Source: Selaginella moellendorffii (taxonomy: Eukaryota; Plantae; Lycopodiophyta). Taken from it: DNA of 64,000 nt. The stretch lies in the NCBI RefSeq assembly GCF_000143415.4, contig NW_003314272.1, positions 2,443,728 to 2,507,727 on the forward strand, given 5' to 3'. The notes beneath the pieces were generated by a model, which had not been told where the DNA came from, did not search any database, and saw only the letters and a program-made list of their open reading frames with translations. This document shows, one piece after another, positions 25,090 to 35,699 of this stretch; position 1 is the stretch's first letter; each line of letters opens with the position of its first letter. Made by a program: the position numbers and the translations under genes.

Positions 25090-28000
25090 TCAAGCTCTGT
25101 TGTGTTTGAGAAACTTGAAAGATGTGACCGCCAGCGCCGCGAAGAAGAGCGCCATCCCACACAGCGCCAGATAGTCCCAGTGGTTGCGGCTCATCTCGAT
25201 CGGTCTGGTAGCCAGCAGTCTATCCCACACGAACGCAGGCCGGGTGGTGTTGGTCCGGGTCAGGAGCTGCTCGACGTCGTGAAGCCTCTTGCAGTGGCAG
25301 CCGGGGCACGGCTGGCGGATGACGCAGCTTAAGCAGGCCGTGGTCCCAGTGTCGCAGTAGAAGGAGGTCGGGGTGAGGATGTTGATCGTGTACTGGAACG
25401 GGTTGATCCAGTAGAGCCACTTGTAGAAGCGGATCCTGTTCCTGGGAACCGAGACGCCGGACGAGGAGATCCACATGGACATGATGATGGAGGAGAAGGT
25501 GACGGCTATGGTCGGGATCGGAGCTGCGCAGGCCAGGAAGACGCCGTAGCACACCACCACCATGGTGAAGAGGAAGAGGCACGTCCAGTACTTGAGGAAC
25601 ATCGTGAAGGTATCGACTCCGACGCCGGCCATCCCGTTTGCTATCCCGACGAAGACGAACGTTCCCAGGAGGATGTATGGGATCTCCGAGACGAGCCAGG
25701 ACAGCGGGTAGAGCAGCGAGGTGTACATGCGAGCCCGGCTCTCGCGGACGTAGACCTGCCTGTCGGTGCCGAGCTGCGGGATGAGATTGTTGGCGGTGGT
25801 GGCGCAGATGAGGATGGCCTCGATGTACATGATGAGCGACGCCGACTGCATGGAGGTGGACCGCTCGACGTCGATGTTGAGGAAGAGTGTGCCGATGACG
25901 AGCGCGATGATGACAATGCCCGTGAGCCGGTTGAAAGTGTAGCGGACGTTGCGCCACAGGAACCTGGCGTTGCGGAGGAACACCATAGCGAACTGCGTCT
26001 TGTAGGGGGCGATGTAGCGGGAGTTGAGATGGTGGAGGCCGTCGTCTTTCTGGTCACGCAGGGACTGGAGCTCGGCCGCGTTTGCGAGCTGCAGTGGGCT
26101 GTTATGATATGCGGAGACGAAGTCCGCCGCGGGCTCCCGCTTCGTGGTTCCGCCACCCAGGATGTCCAGCAGGAACACCATCGGGCTCCGCCGCGGGTCG
26201 TAAGGTGGCACGCCTGGAATGGCCGTGAAATAGTCGAGGAGCTGGCTGCCGTTGGTACCGGGTGGTCCGAAGTAGACTTGCTTCCCCTCCCGCAAGACCA
26301 GCACGCTGTGGAAGAGGCCCAGTGTCTCGGCGCTGGGATGGTGCAAGGTGACGAGCAGCGTGCGTCCGTTCATGGCCACCGTTTGCAAGAGGTGCAGAAC
26401 GTTTCTCGCGCTGGCTCCGTCCAGCTGCGAAGTTGGATCGTCGAGAAACAGGATGCTGGGATTTGCTGCCAGCTCGATGGCTATGGTGAGCTTCTTGGTG
26501 ATCTCCCGCGGCCGCTTGTTTATCTGCTGGAAGACCCCGACCAGCTTGTTGCTTACGTGGGAGAGGCCCGTGAGCTCGAGTATGAGATCGACGTGACGAG
26601 CCTTGTCGGCGGAGCTTATGTGCCGCCTGAGCCGGAGGTTGGCGCTGAACTCGAGAGACTCTCGGACTGTGAGATACGGCTGGTGCATCTCGACGTTCTC
26701 GGCAAAGCCAGAGATGCGGTGGAAGCACGTCTTCTTCAGCCGGACACCGTTGACGAGTACCTCGCCTTCCGAGGGCATCCTGCCGGCCAGGCACTTGAGG
26801 AGTGTCGACTTTCCTGCGCGAGTGCTTCCGACGAGAGCTAGCATCTGGCCTGGCTTGACATAGCCGGAGATCAGGCTCAGGTGCCCTGTTGGAAGAGTGA
26901 TGTCGAAGAACGTGAGAACTAGAGGCCTCACAGGAAGATGGAGTTCCATCCACTTGGCTGCTTCTTCTTGACCGGGACCGTCGCGGAGGCTACCGTCCTC
27001 TACTCTGCTCAGCTCCTCCGGATCTGGTTTTACAGCTTCTTCGTCGGCAACTGGATGAAGCTGGCCTTTCCTGACAGGAGATGGCGCCAGCTCCGGCAAG
27101 CGGGACTTTTTGTACGCCAGGTATGCGAGGAAGTTGAGAGCGAGGATGAAGATGACGATTGCCGCGTACGCGAGCACCAGCCTTCCCCCGGAGGCTTCCA
27201 AGTCATAGAACTTGATAAAGGCCCGGCCGAGCGTGAGCCTTGGGTTTACCAAACAGAACTGGAAGTTGAGATGGCTCGTGCATGGCTGGTCGTACCGGGT
27301 CTTCATCTGAGTCGAGGAGTAGATGATGTTGCCCCAGCGCGTTGGAACGATGTAGAGCATCCATTTCCAGTAAGCGGGTGTCACACTGGGTAGCAAAATC
27401 ACGCCAGAGAAGAGAAGACACACGAGGATGAAAAGTCCTGTGAATGAAAGAAAATAAACCCAATGTTTTGTCAAAAGGTGTTTCAAACCTGCCAAAGCTG
27501 CGGCATTCTCCAGCAGCGGAGCAAATCCGCCGACGAGAAACACGAACGACGATCCCATGTATCCTATCACAAAGATCAGCGCCAAATACTGGAAGTAGTG
27601 CGCAGCATTTTCCAGTGAGAGGCCCGCGAGGAAGTACGTACACATGCTATAGATTATTGCCTGCTCAAGAGAATGACCATGTATGTGTGAAGCTTCCGAC
27701 AATCAAGCGACTCTTACCTCGAGAAGTGATTGCGGGAGACTCACGAGGCCATGAGCCACGACGTATGAAGAAACTGGGAAGAAATGCAGCTCGCGGTGCT
27801 TTTGGAAAACCGGCCGATGAATCAAGAGGTGGATTGGGAGTTGTGTGAGGTTTATAAGCATCAAGACCATCATCGAGACGAAGCCAAGGGTTCGTAGCGC
27901 AATCATCTCATATTGATCGATCTTGCCGCCTTTCTTGTAGAAGAAAGAACCAGCAAAGAGTCCAAGAACAGTAATCTGTACGAAAACGATTGTTGAAAGC

Positions 28001-30126
28001 TAAGAAAAAGTCTAGAGCTTTTCGAACCTGGAACAGCCGAAGTATGATCAGGATTTTGAAACGAATCGCAAATGTAAATTGACGCTTCACAAGGCATTGC
28101 GTAGACCATAGCCAGTCCTTCACGTTGACAAATCCAAACCGCTTTTTGTAGCACGCACCGGTTTCTTTCTGGACAGGAAAACTCCATGAGATTACCATTA
28201 ACATCTGAAGATTTGGTATGAGTTCTCACCTCTTGCATTTTACGCTCCAGTTGCACGTGAAGTGATCCTTCTCTCGAGTTTAGCAAGTCGGCAACTTTAC
28301 AAGCTTGAGCCGCCTGTTCGGCTGGAGAGCCACCTCTAACGTAGTGAGTACTACCGTCAGGTAGCACAACAGCAGTGATTTCGTCTCCCACTCGAACCGC
28401 TCCATTGGTTATGATCTCTCCGGCCTCGGAGACATTTGTCACGTAAACACCTACAAAACCTTATAAGTCGACACTAAGAGGAACACATATCGTTACCCGG
28501 GCCATTCAGCGTGTCATGCTGGATGGAGATCTCAATATCGGAGATAGTCTCGGCCATGTAAGTGTGAGTCACGTCTTTGCTGGAAACGATACGCATGACG
28601 TCTTTGAAATGGTCGGATGCTTTATAAGATACAACAAGCTCCGGAATTCCCAGTTTTGTAAAACCAGGCATCAGGTATCTAGCTCCAGAACCCGCAGAAA
28701 TATCTTGAAGGAACACAGCAGGATCGACATAGCTAGGCTTTTTATATCTGGCAGGCAACAAGGAAGTTAGTTCGTCAGGAGATAAGAGAGTTTAGACATA
28801 CCCAAGCTTGAAGAAGTAGTTTTCCACACCGTGTCGAGGACCTTGGTAGATCATCTGGCCCTCGGACAAGATAATGATCCTGTCAAAAAGCTCGAAAACT
28901 TCCGGAGCTACCTGAGCCATGCAAGTTACTAGAGCGCATTCTTGAACACGAATCACTGTGTCTAAGAGATTATGAAGCCTGTCATAAAGGCGTAACGAGT
29001 CCTCTGCCGTTGCTGGCTGATCGTATAGAAAGACTGAAAAAGTCCGCATCGCGATCTCTGCTGTCGTAAGCCTGGCTTTCGCTGATTCCTTCAGGAGAGG
29101 CCCGACCACCAAATGCTCGATTTGCTTTAAGCCGAAAGTCTGTAGAACATATTCCAGGAATGGATTGTCGCTGTCTGCCAAGTCCGGAGCAAAGCACCTG
29201 ATCATTTGGGCCGTGAGTTCCTGCGGTCGTAGCCGTCGCGTGCATTTCTCGGCAAACTCGAGAGTTTCTCGAATGGTAAGCACCGGCAAGTGGCTGATAA
29301 AAGAACAGCATTAATTGGAGTTCAGACAAGAAGAAAACAAAACAAAGATTACGTACACGTTGTGAAGGCCTGTAGCATAAGCAATCGGACGCTTGGTCTC
29401 GAGATCTGGCGTCAATACGGAGTCGTTGTATAAGACCTGGCCTTCAAACTTTACGAGCTTGCTGGGATGAAAGTGTCCGGCAAGGACCTGGTATAATCAC
29501 AGAAAGATGGATAAGTCACATTGTAATAAGAAACCACTAAATTACCTTCAAGAGAGCAGTCTTTCCACTTCCTAGAACAAAGAAAAAAAGAAAAAAACCG
29601 TGAAAATGTAGCTAGAGTTCGTTAAGTTTTGGAGAATTACCTGCCGGACCGATCACTAGAGTCATGGAGCCAGGCATAACGTAGCCACTCACGTCGTCAA
29701 GTACCTTGACACTGCTCGGTTGATCTCTTTTCTTCGCGAGAAGCTTTAGAGGACCGAGAAAGCAGCCCACAATCTTCCTTCCAAACGTTTCATAGCTCTG
29801 CGCTTGCTGCTGGGGACTGTTCACGGTCACAGTGACACCCTTGAATCTTATCACCTGCAAACGCACGCCTGGTAAAGATCTTCCCGGACAGAAAGAAAAG
29901 AACAAGGAAAATTTTAAATATCTGGTACCAGGTCATATGGATCCGTCGCAGCGTGGTACTGCTCCAGATCGCTCTTGAGCGAGCTCGATCTCGCAATGCT
30001 GAGGCTCACAGCCCTTGGCAGCTCCTCATTGACGACGAGCTCGCGGAGGGACGAGGAATTGGAGATTCTTGCGGCCTCCATTTCGTGGCCGCGATCATCA
30101 GCGCCATCATCCGCGGTGGCAGCCAT
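25090..30126 (-). CDS. Full-size ABCG/PDR-like protein A (NBD1-PDZ-TMD1-NBD2-TMD2) with degenerate ATPase motifs
   Basis: VLDDVSGYVMPGSMTLVIGPAG/SGKTALLK, LTIRETLEFA, FELFDRIIILSEGQMIYQGPR, TMD1, GYVKPGQMLALVGSTRAGKSTLL, LTIAIELAANPSILFLDDPTSQLD, TMD2. The listed 870-aa ORF reads through one short intron near 27440-27490. Confidence 0.88.
28230..28575 (-). other. PDZ-like domain within ABCG-A
   Basis: Spliced translation THTYMAETISDIEISIQHDTLNGP/GVYVTNVSEAGEIITNGAVRVGDEITAVVLPDG...CKVADLLNSREGSLHVQLERK follows the PDZ pattern G-phi-phi-V..V...G.A...G.phi.VGD.I.AV...V...L.....phi.L..ER. Confidence 0.72.
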
Positions 30127-30633
30127 CCCCGATCGACGATCGGGAGCTGTATTCTCACAGAAATTCTCCAAATTTCCTAGATCAAGGAGAAAGAAGCGCG
30201 GAGATCACTGGAAGAAGCTCTACCTGGCCCAGATTTCCAGCTCCCATGACTGCGTTGAAATTCGTAAAAGCCCTATCTCTCTGGCAGGAGAGAGACATCC
30301 TAGTCAACTCAAACACCTCCATATATAGCTCCCATATCTCTAGAAATATTATAGTATTTCTTCCCAGATGTTAGTCCACGACGCTCGCAAATATCCAAGC
30401 AAGCCGCCACCATCGATCTTAATTTTTTCTTCCGAAGTTTCGCACGAAAGCTGAGTGAAAAAAGAAAAGAAAAAAATTGTCGTATTGAAGTACGTAAGCC
30501 TTGAGCTCAATCGTGAAAGGTCCACCATCTAGGAAGGAAATTTAGAAAACTACCAAGGAAATTGCAAAATACCTCACTATAGTCCTCCAAAGTTCTCGTC
30601 ATAGCCCAGAGCGTCGCGAGAACGTCGTGAGTT

Positions 30634-33600
30634 TTACTTCCTGTTGTGCTTGAGTCGCGCGAAGGATACGATCGCCAGGACCGCGAAGAGCAGCACCATG
30701 AAAGCCAGAGCCAGGAAGTCCTTCCCAATCCTGTGCTTCTCAAGAACTCTTGCCTTGCTCAGCCTCTCCCACACGAAGCTTGCTCGAATGAACTGGCTGA
30801 AGACCGGCCCATAGATTTGCACCAGCTTCTTCTCCAAGTCGACCAGCCTCTTGCACTTGCATCCAGGACAACTCGCGCCGATCGTGCAAGCATTGCACGC
30901 CGGAGTTCCGGTGTCGCAGTGGAACGCAGTCGTGGTGAGGATATTGACGGCGTACTGATACGGGTTGATCCAGTAGAGCCACTTGTAAAACTGGATGTTG
31001 TAGCGCGGAATGGAGACCCCCGAGGACGCCACCCACACCGAAGTCGATATCGACGAGACCGTCATGGCCAGCAGCGAGTTTGGAAACAGCAGCGTGACGA
31101 AGATGCCGAAGTAAGTCACGGCCAGGGTGAAGAGAAACAGGCCGATCCAGTACTGGACGAACGCGGACACGGAGTCGACGGCAAGGTTGGCCAGGCCGTT
31201 TCCAATCCCGACGAAGGCGAGTGTGCCGAGCAGCAAGTATGGAACCTCGGCGATGGCCCAGGACAGCGGATACAGCATCGGGGAGTACATCCTTGCTCGG
31301 TTCTCTCGATAGTAGACGAGCCTGTCCGTTCCGAGCTGCGGTATAACGTTGTTGGCCGTGAGCCCGGAGATCATAATCAGCTGGATATACGGGAAGAGGC
31401 TGGCGGACGTCATGGACAGCAGCTTTTCCACGGAGATGTTGAGGTAGAGTGTTCCCATGACGAGAGCGACGAGAATGGTCCCAAGGAGGCGGCGGAGTGT
31501 GTATGTCACGTTCCTCCATAAGAAACGCTGGTTCCGGAGGAACACCATCGCTGCCTGCGTCTTGAACGAAGCTGCGTATCGAGAGCTGATGTTCTTGAGC
31601 TCGGGATCTGGCTGCTGCTTGAGAAGCCTCTCGAGTACCTCCGCGTTTGCCTGATGCAGAGAACTGGACTGGTACAGCTGAGAGAAGTCGTGCAATGGCT
31701 TTCGCTCCTTTATGCCTCCGCCAAGTGCTCCGAGGATGTAGGTGACAGGGTTCCACTGCTCGTTGTAAGGTGGTGAACTCGGCACTGACGTGAAGTAGTG
31801 CAGCACTTGCTTGCAGTTCCAGCCAACGGGGCCGAAATAGGCTGTGTGACCGCCAATAGCTAGTACCAACACATCGTTAAACACGCTGAGTGCCTCTCCA
31901 CTGGGATGATCCAGCATGCTGATGATAGTACGCCCGCTTAAAGCAACACTCTGGAGCAGTCTCAGAATCTCTCTGGAGCTAGTGCCATCCAGCTGCGCCG
32001 TGGGATCCTCCAAGAAAAGTATGCCGGGGTTGACGGCGAGTTCCACAGCTATAGTAAGTTTCCTTCTTGTCTCCTGGATTCGAGCAGTGACGAGCTTCAA
32101 GTTGCCAACAAGTTGATTGCTCATAGCTGACAATCCCAAAAGTTCCAGGACCTCCGTCACATGCCGAGCTTTGTCGTCCGCACTGATTTGTTTTCCCAGC
32201 CTGAGATTTGCACTGAACTCCAGGGACTCTCTGACAGTAAGATACTGTTGGTGAGCTTCCAACTTCTCAGCAAATCCAGATATCCGGCAGATGGCGAGTC
32301 TGTCCAGTTTCAAACCGTTTAAAGAAACGTCACCCTCGAGCTTGCCGGGTGGTAGCCTGCCTGCAATGCAGTTGAGCAACGTTGCCTTGCCCGACCGTGT
32401 GCCCCCAGCAATTGCTAGCATTGTCCCTGGCTTGGCATAGCCAGAGACGTTGTCCAATACTACTTGCTCAAAAGAAGATCGCACGCCCCGCCTGGTGAAC
32501 CTCAGCTGGTGAAAGGAGAGCGTTACAGGCTTGACAGATAACTTGCAAGTCCACCTCCCAGGTGCTCGTGTACCTCCGTTCTCTGCTTGTTCCACATTGT
32601 TGGGGCCGCGAACATACTGTTTCTGCCTTGGTATAGCCGATGCCGTTTCCTGTATCCGGACTTTGCTGTACGCAAGATATGCCAAATAAATGAGAACCAG
32701 AATATATGCAACGATGACTCCGAATGCGAGAACAAGCCTTTTTCCACCAGCTTCTAGCTCATAATACTTGAGAAATGCTTGGCCAAGAGAAAGTGTTGGA
32801 TGAAGAAGACAGAATGGATACGTGCGGTAAAGTGTGCAAGGTAATTCATAGCGGTTATCGGTTTGAGTCGATGTAAAAATGACATTTCCCCAACGAGTTG
32901 GTGTAATGTATAGAACCCATCGCCAGTACCAGCTGATTACACTTGGAATAATAGTGGAGCCCGAAAATAGAAGGTTCAAAGCGACAAATGAACCTGTAAA
33001 AACAGTTGCTGAAGCTACATTATCTCAGGAAAAGACATACCTCCCATCGTTGTGGCTACTTCCAGCATTGGTGCAATGGCACCTACCAACAACATCCAAA
33101 GTGAGCCCAAATAAGCAGTGACAAAAATCAATCCTAAGTACTGAACATAATGTGCTGCCTTCTCTTTAGACAGCGAAGCTAAAAAATACACGCACAAACT
33201 GTAAAGCAGTGCCTGTAATACTTTCAACGCTCAAGTCATACGAGAAAATAATAGCATACCTCTATAACTGATTGAGGAATGTTCAAAATGGCATGTGCTA
33301 CTACATACGAAGAAACAGGAAATAAGTGTTGACCTTGCTGCTTGTAGAAAACGGGTCGATGAAACACTATATGGACCGGAAGCTGGACGATGTTGATTAA
33401 CATTAAAGTCATCATAGATATAAATCCAATCGTTCTCATAGAATTCATTTCGTATTGATCAAGTCTGCCTCCTTTGTGATAGAACAAGGAACCAGTGAAC
33501 AAGCCGACTAAAAGAATCTGAAGAGTCAGCATTTAGCATGACTAAATCGGACGCTGTCATTACCTGGAGAAGTCGTACAATAGCTAATCCCTTAAGTCGC

Positions 33601-35654
33601 ATTACAAATATTGTTTGACGCCGGATCAAACACCAGGTCGACAACCACCACGAACAAAATTGTTGCCATCCGAAGTGTCTTTGATAATACATAGCATTGC
33701 CTGCCTGCAAACTAAAGACATAAAGGCACTTTCAAATTACGAGATGCCCAACCTCATCGAGATTTCGCTCCAACTGTAAAAGGATGGAGCTATACGATGC
33801 CTTTAACATGTAGGAGACTTTCGAAGCTGAATCCGAGCTCTCAACATACTGAAATTCTTCATTACGCTCGCAAACTCCTGTCACCTTGTCGCCAACACGA
33901 ACGCAAGCACAACTTTCTACACTCGGAGCTTCCGTCACCAACACATCTGCAACGGATCACTGCATTTTAGTAGCAAAAGAACACATATTCTTTTCCATAC
34001 CATTCCCTTGCAGCGAAGCACGAATGCTAGAAGTTCTGAATAAGGTTGCTTGAGTCGCCTTTTCACTTGAAACAAGCCGAAAAACGTCTTTATAGTAGTC
34101 CGATCCTTTATAGAACTTTATAAGCTCCTCAATACTAAGCGATGAAGGCTGCTGTGAATACTGTCCACCCTCGCCAGCTGCAATATCCTGTAAAAATGTT
34201 CCAGATTCTACATGAGCGGGCTTCTTGAACCTGCCAGGCAAAAATAAAACGAAGAACAAAGTGTGCCAAACACATACCCAAGCTTTAAGAAGTAGCTCTC
34301 GACGCATTCACGCGGGCCTTGATAGAGAACCTCACCCTCGCTGAGAAGGATAACACGGTCGAAAAGATCGAACGATTCCGGTGAAATCTGAACCAGCGAT
34401 ATGACGGCGGCACAATGCTGTACGTGAACCACGCTTTGCAGCATTTGAAGCAAGTCATACGTGATAAGCGAGTCCTGTCCAGAACTAGTCTGATCATACA
34501 GCAACACAGAATATGTACCCATAGCAATCTCCGCAGTTGCCAGTCTGTTTCGGTCGCTATCCTTGATGCTATCAGCAAGAGTCCCAACCCGTTCGTTTTC
34601 AATCTTTTTGAGACCAAACATGTGTAGGATGTAGTCCACGTACGAGTCCCGGCCCTGTACAGCATTGGACTGTGGCATACAACGCTGCCATAGAGCACAC
34701 CGTTGAACAAACTCGATAGTTTCTCGGACTGTGAAAAACGGCAAATGCCTGCAAGTGTGCCAGTTTATACGCTGAGAAACATCAACGAGCGTACTTACAC
34801 GTTGTCGTGTTGAGTCACATAAGCGATCGGCCGCTTTATAGCAAGTCTGGGCGACAAAGGGTCGTTGTTGTAAAGCACAACGCCCTCCAGCCTGAGTCGT
34901 CTGTTGGGACGTAGCTTTCCTCCCATCACCTGTTATCACCACTGTCTGTAGAATTAACAGCCAATGTAGCATATGAAACAAAGCATTTCATATCTCCAAA
35001 CAATCACCATGCTACCTTGAGGAGAGTGCTCTTCCCACTGCCTGTTTAGAAGGAAAAGGTCTCAAAAGAAACAAAGAGCAAGGTCACGAACCTGGCGGAC
35101 CGAGAACAAGAGTCATGGAACCCGGCATCACATAGCCGCTCACGTCCTTGAGAACCTTGATCTTGCTGGATTTCTTCTTGGAACGAGCCAGCTTAATGCA
35201 AACTCCTAGAAGGCAACCAAGTAGCTTCTTGCCAAAGGTATCATAGCCCGGACCAACTTCGGTGTGATCCATCGTAACACTGATGGCTTTGAAGCGAAGA
35301 ACCTGAATGGAACGTAAGATCCCTCCACGGTAGAAAAAGGGAACTTACTAGAGTCCAGGGAGGGGATTTCTCCTTGGAAGTGGATGGAGATTCATGGCTG
35401 ACATCACCAAAGGAGCGCCTTGTGGCACACATTGGACAAAATCCCGGGCCAGCATTTTCCTCCGGGCTCCTCGCCCGTGGCGCCGACTCATCGACCGGCG
35501 ATGGAGGCGATTCTTCCTGTTCCTGAGAGCTAGAAGAGCTGCTCATCGGGTGCGGCATGGCGATCGGCGCGTAGAGATCCTCGACCAGCGACGCCGACAG
35601 CCGGAGCGAGAAGGGCCTCACCACCGAGGACTTGCGCGATGATCCATGCTCCAT
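30634..35654 (-). CDS. Full-size ABCG/PDR-like protein B, tandem paralog with the same architecture
   Basis: VLKDVSGYVMPGSMTLVLGPPG/SGKSTLLK, FDLFDRVILLSEGEVLYQGPR, TMD1, VLDNVSGYAKPGTMLAIAGGTRSGKATLL, LTIAVELAVNPGILFLEDPTAQLD, TMD2. Intron positions I checked are shared with paralog A. Confidence 0.88.
33753..34060 (-). other. More divergent PDZ-like domain within ABCG-B
   Basis: KATQATLFRTSSIRASLQGN/DVLVTEAPSVESCACVRVGDKVTGV...SKVSYMLKASYSSILLQLERN. Same position and same intron phases as in paralog A. Confidence 0.6.
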
Positions 35655-35699
35655 GAGCCCTAGAAATAAAATTCAAAACGTTCGGTTATGCACTTCAGA

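Noticed and set aside
25102-31756. Overlapping 170-340 aa ORFs on the ABCG 3' exons
   Set aside because: Same GC3 shadow effect, with low-complexity Arg/Pro/Ser translations.
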